Position numbers and translations under genes: made by a program. From Tepidisphaera sp. (lineage in GTDB: Bacteria > Planctomycetota > Phycisphaerae > Phycisphaerales > UBA1924): 64,000 nucleotides of DNA. Position 1 is the first letter of the stretch. Each line of letters opens with the position of its first letter. Below the pieces are notes generated by a model. The model did not search any database, was not told the DNA's origin, and worked only from the letters and a program-made list of their open reading frames with translations. Location: NCBI GenBank assembly GCA_050916045.1, contig CP051526.1, positions 672,001-736,000 of the forward strand, written 5' to 3'. Below, one piece after another: positions 18,282 to 27,890 of the stretch.

Positions 18282-20774
18282 GTGGCGCAGGGAGGCGCAT
18301 TGATCACGGAACTCGTTCCGAGCATGTTTCACAGACGGCTTCTGCTCCTCGCCGGGGCTTTCACCCTCGGCGCTGCGGTCCTCGCCGCGCGCGTCGTCTG
18401 GCTCGGAGCGGTCAAGCACGAAGAGCTCACCGAACGCGCCGACTCCAAACTCGTCTCCCGGCACTGGACGCCCACCGTCCGCGGCCGCATCTTCGACCGC
18501 AAGGGACGCATCCTCGCCGCCGATCGCGCAAGCTACGACCTCGTCCTCCCCTTCCCCGTCATCAACGAACTCTGGGCTTCCGATCGCGCCTCCTCCCAAG
18601 CTCCGCGCGTCTACCGCAACATCGGCCCCGGATGGGCCGCGATGGACCCCGCACAACGCGCCCAAGCCCTCGCCGAGCTCACCGACGTCTACCGAAAGCA
18701 CCAGCAAGCTGCGTGGCAGCAGCTCGCTTCCCTCCTCGGTACCTCCACCGACGATCTCGCCGACCGGCGCCGGGAGATCATCGATCGCGTCAACCGCCGC
18801 TACCGCGCCGTCGTCGACCGCCGCCGCGAAGCCGAACTCAAAGCCCGCGGACCCGACGCCGATCCCCTCGACGAATCGGGCCTTCGAGCCATGGAACGCC
18901 GCGTCGGCGAACCCATCTGGGAACAGGGCGCCACACACCCCATCGCCACCCGCCTCGCCGACGCCATCGCCCTCGAACTCGACCGCTTCGCCGGAGCCGA
19001 AGTCGAGCTCGTCGTCCACGAAGCCCCGGGACACGACCCCGTCACCGACCGCGTCGAAGCCATCCCCGGCCTCCGCGTCATCAACTCCGGCGACCGCCAG
19101 TACCCCCTCGAGACCATCGCCGTCGACATCGACCAGAACCACCTGCCAAGCCCCCTCCGCCGCGACGAAAAACGCGCCATCGAGGTCGACGGCGTCGGCG
19201 TCCACGTCTTGGGCTGGATGCGCGAAGGCGTTCAGGATGAGGATGTCGCGCGCCGCACCGCCCTCCTCGCCGCTTCTCCCCAGGAATCCGCCCGCGTCAT
19301 GAACGCCCAGGGACGCGACCGCGGCTTCTACGACCCCACCGTCCTCGAACGCGTCGGCGCTTCCGGCGTCGAACAGTCCATGGAGACGACCCTCCGCGGC
19401 CTCCGCGGCGAACGCATCCGCCAGCTCGACACCGGCGTCTCCAACGAAGTCGCCGCCGTCAGCGGCCGCGACGTCACCCTCACGATCGACGCTCAGCTCC
19501 AAGCCCGCGTGCAAGCCGTCATGTCCCCCGGCTCCGCGGGCGTCGGCCTCGGCGAGGTCCAGCCGTGGAACATGACCAAGCCCACCATGTCCGACGGCTC
19601 CCCCAACCCCGCCCACAGGCCCATCGGCACCGAGCTTCACGGCGCCGCGGTCGTCCTCGACATCGATTCCGGCGAGGTCCTCGCCATGGTCTCGACGCCA
19701 AGCTTCCTCCGAAGCCAGCTCTGGGCCGAAGGCTCCACCGTCTTCGACATGACCGCCGGAGGCGCCTTCCTCAACCGCGCCATCGCCCGACCCTACCCGC
19801 CCGGGTCCGTCGCCAAAGCACTCGTCCTCAACGGCGCCGCCAAACGCGGGGTCTACGCCGTCACCGACACCATCGAGTGCAACGGACACTTCTACCCGAA
19901 CAAGCCCAACGAGCTCCGCTGCTGGATCTTCAAAATGACCCAGTACAGCGGAGCCCAGACCCACATGTCCCAGTTCGGCCGCGCCATCCGCGGCTCCGAA
20001 GGCCTGATGGTCTCCTGCAACATCTTCTTCTTCACCCTCGGCCAACGCCTCGGCGTCGACGGAATCCAGTCCACCTTCACCGACTTCGGCGTCGGCAAAG
20101 GCTGGGACCTCGGCATCGGCTGGGAGTTCCCCGGCGTCATCGGCCGCCCCGCCCGCCTCGGCGAACTCACCATCCAGGACGCCATCCAGATGGGCATCGG
20201 CCAGGGACCCATCGCCTGGACACCCATGCACGCCGCCAACTCCTACGCCACCCTCGCCCGCATGGGCGTCGAGGTGCCCCCTTCCGTCATCATGGGCCGC
20301 GCCAAGGGGGAGCCCCGACGCATCGGACTCGTCCCCGAAGCCGCCGCCGAAGCACTCGACGGCCTCGGCCTCGCCGTCAACGCCGAACTCGGCTCCGGAC
20401 ACTACATCTCCGTCGACGGTCAGAAGGAACCCACCTTCAATCACGACCCCAGCCGAATCTGGATCTGGGGCAAAACCGGAACCGCCGCCGGAAGCGACAC
20501 CTCCGACCCCGACGGCAAAGCCGGCCCCCTCCCGCCCGAAACCGTCGTCGGCGACCACTCCTGGTACGTCGTCCTCGTCGGCTCCGCCGCCGAACGCCGC
20601 CCTCGCTACGTCGTCTCCGTCATGATGGAATACGCCGGAAGCGGCGGCAAAGTCTCCGGCCCAATCTGCAACCAGATCATCCACGCCCTCATCGCCGAGG
20701 GATACCTCCCCGGCGAAGGCGGCCCCGCCGGCGAAGCCCACCCCGGCCTCGCAAACCCGGAGACGCCCGGATGA
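18282..20774 (+). CDS. mrdA: Class B penicillin-binding protein (PBP2-like transpeptidase)
   Basis: N-terminal TM, RGRIFDRKGRILA, SxxK (PGSVAK), SCN, KTGT; directly upstream of a SEDS gene. Confidence 0.8.
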   Translation: MAQGGALITELVPSMFHRRLLLLAGAFTLGAAVLAARVVWLGAVKHEELTERADSKLVSRHWTPTVRGRIFDRKGRILAADRASYDLVLPFPVINELWASDRASSQAPRVYRNIGPGWAAMDPAQRAQALAELTDVYRKHQQAAWQQLASLLGTSTDDLADRRREIIDRVNRRYRAVVDRRREAELKARGPDADPLDESGLRAMERRVGEPIWEQGATHPIATRLADAIALELDRFAGAEVELVVHEAPGHDPVTDRVEAIPGLRVINSGDRQYPLETIAVDIDQNHLPSPLRRDEKRAIEVDGVGVHVLGWMREGVQDEDVARRTALLAASPQESARVMNAQGRDRGFYDPTVLERVGASGVEQSMETTLRGLRGERIRQLDTGVSNEVAAVSGRDVTLTIDAQLQARVQAVMSPGSAGVGLGEVQPWNMTKPTMSDGSPNPAHRPIGTELHGAAVVLDIDSGEVLAMVSTPSFLRSQLWAEGSTVFDMTAGGAFLNRAIARPYPPGSVAKALVLNGAAKRGVYAVTDTIECNGHFYPNKPNELRCWIFKMTQYSGAQTHMSQFGRAIRGSEGLMVSCNIFFFTLGQRLGVDGIQSTFTDFGVGKGWDLGIGWEFPGVIGRPARLGELTIQDAIQMGIGQGPIAWTPMHAANSYATLARMGVEVPPSVIMGRAKGEPRRIGLVPEAAAEALDGLGLAVNAELGSGHYISVDGQKEPTFNHDPSRIWIWGKTGTAAGSDTSDPDGKAGPLPPETVVGDHSWYVVLVGSAAERRPRYVVSVMMEYAGSGGKVSGPICNQIIHALIAEGYLPGEGGPAGEAHPGLANPETPG

Positions 20775-22018
20775 ACTTCATGTTCGCCGAGCCCTGGTGG
20801 AAACGCGCCCTCCGAGCCCTCTCGCCCGCGAACCCGGCATGGCTCGTCGTCTTCGCTTCCCTCGCGCTCACCCTCCTGGGCCTCTACTGCATCAACATCT
20901 CGCGTGGCTTCTCCACCGTCGAACTCGCCGAACTCACCGGAGTCCCCGCCACCGTCAACAAAGCCGGCATCGGCGCCGGTGCCTACTCCCGCCAGCTCGT
21001 CTACTTCGCCGTCGGCATCCTCGCCGCCATCATCGTCGCCACGCCCAACTACCGCCTCTGGGGCGTCCTCTCGACCGCTCTCGGCATCACCACCCTCCTC
21101 CTCCTCATCTTCCTCCTCCTCCCCTTCATCCCCACTTGGATCGTCAAGCCGAAAAACGGCGCTCGCGGATGGATCCAGTTCGGCGTCGCCGACTTCCAGC
21201 CCGCCGAAATGGCCAAAGTCGTCTACGTCATCGTCATCGCCTGGTACCTCCGCTACCGCGAGAACCACCGACGCTTCCTCGGCCTCGTCCCCATCGGCCT
21301 GCTCACCATGGTCCCCGTCGGCCTCATCACCCTCCAGCCCGACCTCGGCTCCGCCCTCCTCTTCATCCCAAGCCTCTTCGCCATGCTCGTCGCCGCCGGC
21401 GCCAAACTCCGCCACCTCACCATCATCGTCCTCGTCGGCGCCATGGCCGCACCGCTCAGCTACCCCGTACTCCGACCACACCAGAAACAGCGCCTCGTCG
21501 GCCTCTGGAAACAGTTCACCGGCGACACCACCGGCGACCGCGACATCAACTTCCAAAGCAACGCCGCCCAGACGCTCATCGGCGCGGGCGGAGCGTCCGG
21601 CACCTCCACCGAAAAATCCCGCGCCCTGCTCCACTTCAACGCCCTCCCCGAACGCCACAACGACATGATCACCGCGGTCATCGGCAACCGCTTCGGCATG
21701 GCCGGTCTCGCCGCCGTCATGGGCCTCTACCTCCTCTGGGTCGTCGGCGCACTCTGGGTCGCCGGCCGCGCACGCGACGCCTTCGGACGCCTCATCCCCG
21801 TCGGCCTCGCCGGCTTCATCGGCGGCCAGGCCCTCGTCAACCTCGCCATGAACGTCGGCCTCGCCCCCATCGTCGGCGTCACCCTCCCCTACGTCAGTTT
21901 CGGCGGCTCAAGCATGCTCTCCGCATGGATCATGGTCGGCCTGGTCTTCTCCGTCTCCCTCCGAAGCGACGCCCGACTCTTCAAAAAGCCCTTCGAATTC
22001 GACGCCGACCAACCCTGA
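20771..22018 (+). CDS. rodA: RodA/FtsW SEDS peptidoglycan glycosyltransferase
   Basis: NGARGWI, FQPAEMAK, QPDLGS, LPERHNDMI, GVTLPYVSFGGSS; ATGA overlap. Confidence 0.88.
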   Translation: MNFMFAEPWWKRALRALSPANPAWLVVFASLALTLLGLYCINISRGFSTVELAELTGVPATVNKAGIGAGAYSRQLVYFAVGILAAIIVATPNYRLWGVLSTALGITTLLLLIFLLLPFIPTWIVKPKNGARGWIQFGVADFQPAEMAKVVYVIVIAWYLRYRENHRRFLGLVPIGLLTMVPVGLITLQPDLGSALLFIPSLFAMLVAAGAKLRHLTIIVLVGAMAAPLSYPVLRPHQKQRLVGLWKQFTGDTTGDRDINFQSNAAQTLIGAGGASGTSTEKSRALLHFNALPERHNDMITAVIGNRFGMAGLAAVMGLYLLWVVGALWVAGRARDAFGRLIPVGLAGFIGGQALVNLAMNVGLAPIVGVTLPYVSFGGSSMLSAWIMVGLVFSVSLRSDARLFKKPFEFDADQP

Positions 22019-22064
22019 CGCCCATCCGGAAATTCCCCGAACCCGCCCGACATACCGTTGCCCC

Positions 22065-22913
22065 GTGAAGCCCCCGCGCCCCCAGCACGACGTCAAGGAC
22101 ATCCTCCCCCACGCTCTCCCCGAGCCCCTGACGCCACCCGCGGATTTCGCCGCCAAAGCCGGCGAGATCGGCGTCGAGTTCGACGAGCCCGACGTCCCCA
22201 GACTCGGTGCCTATCTCGCCCTCCTCCTCACCGTCAACGAGACGATGAACCTCACGGCGATCAAGGACCCCGAGACCGCCTGGTCGCGACACATCCTCGA
22301 CTCCATCTCCCTCATCCCCATGCTCGCCGACCTTGACGAAGGTGCCCGCGTCATCGATGTCGGAAGCGGCGGGGGACTCCCTGGCATCCCGCTCGCCATC
22401 TGCATGCCGCACCTCCGCTTCACGCTCCTCGAAGCCACCGGCAAGAAAGCCGCGTTCCTCGAACGCGCCGCTTCCCTCCTCGGACTCTCCAACGTCGACG
22501 TCATCCACGACCGCGCCGAACGCGCCGCCCACAACCGCGGCTCCCGCGAGGACCGCTCCGCCGGCACCCGCGAAGCTTTCGAAGCCGTCGTCGCCCGCGC
22601 CGTCGGCCGTCTCAACTCCCTCGCCGAGATCACCGTCCCCTTCGCCAAGATCGGCGGACGAGTCCTCCTCATGAAGGGCGAAAAAGCCGCAGAAGAAGTC
22701 ATCGAAGCCGACACCGCCTTCAAGCTCCTCAACGCCGTCTTCGTCCAGACCATCGAACTCCCCACCGGCAAGGTCGTCGTCCTCGAGAAAAACTCCGCCA
22801 CCCCTCGCATCTACCCCCGCGGCGACGGTGAACCCACCAACAGGCCCCTCGGCCCGGCCAAGCACGCACCCAAGCCGCCACGCACACCCGACCCGCGAGA
22901 CAAGCCCGAATGA
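22065..22913 (+). CDS. rsmG: 16S rRNA m7G527 methyltransferase
   Basis: NLTAI, HILDS, IDVGSGGGLPGIPLAI, ARAV, YPR. Confidence 0.93.
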   Translation: MKPPRPQHDVKDILPHALPEPLTPPADFAAKAGEIGVEFDEPDVPRLGAYLALLLTVNETMNLTAIKDPETAWSRHILDSISLIPMLADLDEGARVIDVGSGGGLPGIPLAICMPHLRFTLLEATGKKAAFLERAASLLGLSNVDVIHDRAERAAHNRGSREDRSAGTREAFEAVVARAVGRLNSLAEITVPFAKIGGRVLLMKGEKAAEEVIEADTAFKLLNAVFVQTIELPTGKVVVLEKNSATPRIYPRGDGEPTNRPLGPAKHAPKPPRTPDPRDKPE

Positions 22914-25099
22914 ACGCAAGCGTCGAGGGCATCCTCGGTGCCGATGGCCTCCTCGCCGAACGTCTCGGCGAGTCCTTCGAAGCACGCAACGAACAGCTCG
23001 ACGCCGCCCGCGCCGTCCTCCGAACCATGGAGGAACGCTCCATCCTCCTCTGCGAAGCCGGCACCGGCGTCGGCAAAAGCTTCGCCTACCTCGTTCCCGC
23101 CATGCTCCGCTGCCTCGCCGGCGAAACCGTCGTCATCGCCACCAACACCATCGCGCTTCAGGAACAGCTCGTCCGCAAGGACGTCCCTCTTCTCCGCGAG
23201 CTGCTGGACCCCGGCGCGGGCGATGACGGGGAAGACTTCGAAAACGCCAAGATCCGCCCCGTCCTCGTCAAAGGCCGCGGAAACTACGTCTCCCTCCGCC
23301 GACTCAAACTCACAAGCCAGCGACAGGACAAGCTTCTCGCCGACCCCGCGGCCCGCCGCTCGCTTCACATCATCGAGGACTGGGCCGCACAAACCCTCGA
23401 CGGAACCCTCAGCAGCCTCCCACCCATCGAACGCCCCGGCGTCTGGGACAAGGTCGAAAGCGACTCGGGCAATTGCATGGGCCGCAAGTGTCAGAACTAC
23501 CAAGCCTGCTTCTACCAGCGCGCCCGCCGCAAGATGGAACGCGGCAACCTCCTCATCTGCAACCACGCCCTCTTCTTCAGCGACCTCGCCCTCCGCGCCC
23601 AGGACGCCGGCTTCATGCCCGACTACCACCACGTCGTCCTCGACGAAGCGCACAACATCGAGGATGTCGCCAGCGAGCACTTCGGCGTCTCTCTCTCCGA
23701 AGGCCGCGTCATGCACCTGCTCTCGACGCTCTACGCCGAACGCTCCGGCAAAGGCTACCTCCCCAACCTCACCCTCCAAGCCGGCGACTCCGCCGCCGTC
23801 GAAGCCGCCATGCGCGAAGTCCTCTCCGCCGCGGACGCTTCCCGCGCCTTCTTCGAGTCCGCCCTCGAACTTCTCCCCAAACGCGCCTTCGGCGGCGTCT
23901 CCACCGAGCCCGGCACCATCCGCTACCGCCAGCCCGGCCTCCTCAGCCCCGAACTCGCCCAGCGCATGACCCGCCTCTCCCTCTCCCTCAAGGCACTCCG
24001 TGACATCGTCAAGGTCGAAGCCGATCAGTTCGAGCTCAACTCCTACGCCCAGCGAGCCCAGATGATCGCCGACGCCGCCACCACCCTCTGCGAACAGAAA
24101 CTCTCCGGCTGCGCCTACTGGGTCGAAGCCGGCGGTGAGGGCGGCTCGGGCGGTGGGGGTGGTGGGGGCGGTCGCCTCCGCAAAGTCACCGTCGCCTGCG
24201 CCCCCGTCGAGGTCGGACCCCTCCTCAAAACCCACCTCTTCGGCAAGGAACACAGCGTCACCCTCACCAGCGCCACCCTCGCCACACGCACCCGCCGTGA
24301 AGACGAAATGGATGAGCACGCCGAAACCGCCTTCTCGCATGTCATGTCTCGCCTCGGCTGCGAAGGGCTCGGCGAACGCGTCATCCGAACCATGCAGGTC
24401 GGAAGCCCCTTCGACTACGCATCCCAAGCCGAGCTCATCGTCGACGAACGCGTCGATTCCAAAGCCGCCTTCGGCAAGAAAGCCACCCGCTCCGAGATCG
24501 AAGACGACTGGCTCTCACGCGAATCCGACGCGCCCCGCGCCCCCGAGCTCACCTACGCCCAAAAGCTCGCCGCTTGCATCGAGGAACACGTCATCGAGAC
24601 CGACGGCGGCGCCTTCGTTCTCTTCACCAGCTTCGCCACCCTCAACGCCGTCGCCCGCGCCATCCGTCCCCGCCTCGAATCCCTCGGCATGCCCGTCCTC
24701 GGCCAGTCCATCGACGGCTCGCGCGAAGAAATCCTCCGCCGTTTCCGCGACGACCCGCGAAGCGTTCTCCTCGGCGCTTCAAGCTTTTGGCAGGGCGTCG
24801 ACGTCCGCGGTCAGGGCCTCCGCAACGTCATCATCACCAAGCTCCCCTTCGAGCCCCCCGACCGCCCCCTCACCGAAGCCCGCGGCGAACTCATCCAGCA
24901 GCGCGGCGGCAACCCCTTCATGGAAGACTCCATCCCCCGCGCCGTCATCCGCTTCAAGCAGGGCTTCGGCCGATTGATCCGAAGCCGGGACGACCGCGGC
25001 CGCGTCGTCGTCATGGACGGGCGCGTCGTCACCGCGAGGTACGGCCGCCTCTTCCTCGCCGCTCTGCCCAAGGGTGTCCCCGTCCGACGCGTCCGCTGA
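22910..25099 (+). CDS. DinG/YoaA-family ATP-dependent DNA helicase
   Basis: EAGTGVGKS, VKGRGNY, Fe-S cysteines CMGRKC..C, DEAH, FWQGVD, QGFGRLIR. Confidence 0.9.
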   Translation: MNASVEGILGADGLLAERLGESFEARNEQLDAARAVLRTMEERSILLCEAGTGVGKSFAYLVPAMLRCLAGETVVIATNTIALQEQLVRKDVPLLRELLDPGAGDDGEDFENAKIRPVLVKGRGNYVSLRRLKLTSQRQDKLLADPAARRSLHIIEDWAAQTLDGTLSSLPPIERPGVWDKVESDSGNCMGRKCQNYQACFYQRARRKMERGNLLICNHALFFSDLALRAQDAGFMPDYHHVVLDEAHNIEDVASEHFGVSLSEGRVMHLLSTLYAERSGKGYLPNLTLQAGDSAAVEAAMREVLSAADASRAFFESALELLPKRAFGGVSTEPGTIRYRQPGLLSPELAQRMTRLSLSLKALRDIVKVEADQFELNSYAQRAQMIADAATTLCEQKLSGCAYWVEAGGEGGSGGGGGGGGRLRKVTVACAPVEVGPLLKTHLFGKEHSVTLTSATLATRTRREDEMDEHAETAFSHVMSRLGCEGLGERVIRTMQVGSPFDYASQAELIVDERVDSKAAFGKKATRSEIEDDWLSRESDAPRAPELTYAQKLAACIEEHVIETDGGAFVLFTSFATLNAVARAIRPRLESLGMPVLGQSIDGSREEILRRFRDDPRSVLLGASSFWQGVDVRGQGLRNVIITKLPFEPPDRPLTEARGELIQQRGGNPFMEDSIPRAVIRFKQGFGRLIRSRDDRGRVVVMDGRVVTARYGRLFLAALPKGVPVRRVR

Positions 25100-27664
25100 T
25101 CAGCAGCCCGTCTCGTACGCCTCGACGAAGTCGTCGTAGTCAAAGAAATCGACGAACCCGTCGCCGTTGAAGTCCGTCCCCGGCGCCCCGGACTCGAACG
25201 CCCCGACAAAGTCGTCGTAGTCGAAAAAGTCCAGGAAACCATCGTTGTTGAAGTCCGCCCGGCACGGGCTCGGACGCGAGTACGAAGCCGCCGGGATCAC
25301 CTGCTTGGCCATCGTCGAGCTCTGCATGCTCACGATCAGCCCCGCCGAAGCATCCCGCTCGAAGAACTCCACGCGGATCGCGTGCACGCCCGCCCGCAGC
25401 GCGATCGTCCCCGACCGCTCACGCATCGTGTGCACGCCGTCGTTGTCCACGACCGTCGTCGTCCCGATCTTCAGCCGCGACCCGTCGTCCGAACTCGTGT
25501 AGAACGTGTAGATGTCCGTCGTCGGCGCGACCACATACCCCGTAAACAGCGCGCCCACCGCGTTCGATCGGCCCGAGCCCGCGAACGGACCCGTCGTCGG
25601 AGCAAAGTTCAGATCCGCGACCGTCCCCGTCGATGCCGGCGTCCGCCCGTCGTAGTCCGGGAGCTGCGTCGGGCTCCCGAGGTTGAAGTACGCCGCGTCC
25701 AGGCCCCCGACCGTCCGCGTCGGATTCTCCGGCACGCGGTACTGCGAAAGGTCGACCACCGTCGCGCTCACCGCCGCGTTCGAAGTCCGCCCCGCCGAGT
25801 CCCGCGACGTGTACATGAACGAGTCCGGCCCGATGTACGCCGCCGGAGGCGTGTACGCGAGCACGTCACGACCACCCGGGCCCTGCCCCACCAAACGGCG
25901 CACCGTCCCGCCCCGCGCCGTCGTCGCGTCAAACGCGCTGATCGTCACCGCAAGGTTCTCAAAGTGCGTGTCGTTCGCAAGCACGTCCGCCACCACCTCC
26001 ATCGTCCCGATCGTCGTCCCCAGCACGTCCGGGTTCGCCGTCGGTCCCGCTTGCGTCCCCACACGGAACGAACCGATCCAGTTCGACCACCCGAACGACT
26101 CCGCATACTCGCCCACCGCCCAAAGCAGCGTGTCGTCGTTCGGATCAACCGCGATGTCGTAGTAGTCCCCCCAGCGACCGCCGCTATTGACCGGGCTGGT
26201 CGTCAGCGTCGTGAGCGCCCCGAAGTTCGCCTGCGCCGCAAGCTTGCCCGCCACCGCGACGCCGATCCGCTGCGTCGGTGAACTGGTGCCCACCACAATC
26301 CCCACATCCCCGAACCGGTTCGCGTAAATCGCCGGGAAGAACGTGTGCACATCACCGCCCGGATCGATCGTCCCCGAACGCTCCAGCGCCGGAGTCCCCG
26401 ACAACGGCCAGTTGTTCGTCCGAACCTGATACCACCGCGCAAGCGTCTTCCCGCCCGTCGACACGTGGTGCGTCACGTAAAGCAGCCCGTCCCGCCATTG
26501 CATGTTGAACACGCGGCCATCCACCGCCGAGATCGTCTGCCCGCCCGCCGTCGGAGGCTGCGAAGGGCCGTTCCACGCCGCAATCGTCACGTTTCGCGTC
26601 GAAAGCACCGGTGCCGTCAACGGATTCACGATCGCCTGAAGCCGGATCGACGATCCGGACACCGAAGCGAAGTACGGCGCCGGATTGTCACCAAAGCACT
26701 GCGCCGCCTGCACCGACGCACCATTGCCGTCACGAAGCGTCGAGTACACCGCCGGCTGCCCCGCGTACATCGCCGCTTTGTCGTACACCCGGAACCCCAC
26801 GCCCCCGAAACCGCCCGCGTTGAGGCCGAAAAGATTGCCCGTCACATAAATCGCGTCCGCGTCATACCCGAACCCCGGGTAGTCCCACCAGTACGTTTGC
26901 TGGCCCACCGTGATCACCGCGTCCGTGCGATACCTGTACCAAACCCCGTTGGGATCATCATCGTCCGACACCGCGATCGTGATGAACGACTCCGTCGTCC
27001 CGTACACCTCCAGCGCGACAACCACATACCGCCGCGCGTAGTGATCATAAAAAGCCTTGGGATCAAAGCAGAACCCGCCCGCGCCCACCGATGAGAAGAA
27101 CGGCTGCAGATCCTGCGAGAACTGCGAAGCACCCGTCTTGCTGAACCACGCGATCCGCGAATTCACCACCTGCACCACGTGCGACGGACCCACCGCGATG
27201 CTCGGATCCGGAGGCGTCCACCCCGTGTTCGCAATCCCCGGAAAAAGCCGCTGCGTCGACGTCAGCCGCTCGCTCCCAAGCGTCGCGTTCTCAATCGCCC
27301 GCTCACCCCCGCCACCCTCCCCGCGAAGCCGCGCCTCAACCTCCGGAGGCAGCGCGTGGTCCGGCAGAATGTCCCGCGGACGAGTCTCAGGCCCAAACGC
27401 CGGCGAAAGCAGCTCAAGCCCCGCTTCACGCTGACGCGTGTCGATGATCCTCGGGTTCGCCACCGCCCGCGCCACCGCGCCCGGCTGCGTCAGATCCGAC
27501 GGTTGCGACACACCCGGTTCGCGGTTGGCAAACGCTCCCGCCGGCGCCGCCGGTGCCGCCGCCATCGGCCGCTCCGCTTGCCTCTCATCCACGAAGACGC
27601 ACCCGGCAAGCAGGCCAATCGACGCCAGGGACGAACCAATCAAAGCACGAACATGAGGATTCAC
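25100..27664 (-). CDS. Secreted/lipoprotein with beta-rich N-domain, Ig-like region, PA14 domain and C-terminal GC-type dockerin tail
   Basis: PPDPSIAVGP/WGDY motifs; SDDGSRL..VDNDGVH (PA14); CRADFNNDGFLDFFDYDDFV...ETGC; GGAGG before GTG 27664. Confidence 0.8.
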   Translation of the reverse strand: MNPHVRALIGSSLASIGLLAGCVFVDERQAERPMAAAPAAPAGAFANREPGVSQPSDLTQPGAVARAVANPRIIDTRQREAGLELLSPAFGPETRPRDILPDHALPPEVEARLRGEGGGGERAIENATLGSERLTSTQRLFPGIANTGWTPPDPSIAVGPSHVVQVVNSRIAWFSKTGASQFSQDLQPFFSSVGAGGFCFDPKAFYDHYARRYVVVALEVYGTTESFITIAVSDDDDPNGVWYRYRTDAVITVGQQTYWWDYPGFGYDADAIYVTGNLFGLNAGGFGGVGFRVYDKAAMYAGQPAVYSTLRDGNGASVQAAQCFGDNPAPYFASVSGSSIRLQAIVNPLTAPVLSTRNVTIAAWNGPSQPPTAGGQTISAVDGRVFNMQWRDGLLYVTHHVSTGGKTLARWYQVRTNNWPLSGTPALERSGTIDPGGDVHTFFPAIYANRFGDVGIVVGTSSPTQRIGVAVAGKLAAQANFGALTTLTTSPVNSGGRWGDYYDIAVDPNDDTLLWAVGEYAESFGWSNWIGSFRVGTQAGPTANPDVLGTTIGTMEVVADVLANDTHFENLAVTISAFDATTARGGTVRRLVGQGPGGRDVLAYTPPAAYIGPDSFMYTSRDSAGRTSNAAVSATVVDLSQYRVPENPTRTVGGLDAAYFNLGSPTQLPDYDGRTPASTGTVADLNFAPTTGPFAGSGRSNAVGALFTGYVVAPTTDIYTFYTSSDDGSRLKIGTTTVVDNDGVHTMRERSGTIALRAGVHAIRVEFFERDASAGLIVSMQSSTMAKQVIPAASYSRPSPCRADFNNDGFLDFFDYDDFVGAFESGAPGTDFNGDGFVDFFDYDDFVEAYETGC

Positions 27665-27890
27665 AGTCTCAACCTCCAAAGCCGGCCGCGACTCATCGAC
27701 CTTTCCGCCGACCGTCACCGCGCCGATCGGCCGATTATCCGCGAAACCGCCCGCCGCCGTTCCTCAATAGAGGCATTTTCCCAGAGAATCGCAGGCCCCC
27801 TCGACATTTCGACCAACGATCGGTTTCTGATAGGGTGAAAGTAGGGTGCCCCCGCGGCTATCCTCGTGCTCACTCAGGAGGCTTCTGGAC

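Noticed and set aside
18234..20741. Long antisense ORFs (e.g. 18234-20741, 38074-40794, 52626-54629, 4622-6949, 29360-31105)
   Set aside because: Shadows of real genes caused by high GC and codon bias; no recognisable motifs
19565..22018. 817-aa RodA and similar N-terminal extensions (GH43 from 16597, dnaB from 44132, ArsC from 14524, paralog ORFs from 56778 and 57176)
   Set aside because: The extensions are off-frame translations of upstream genes or intergenic DNA; better starts with an RBS or ATGA overlap exist downstream
24130..24175. G-rich tract in dinG as a contingency or phase-variation locus
   Set aside because: It encodes an in-frame poly-Gly linker with mixed codons, not a homopolymer
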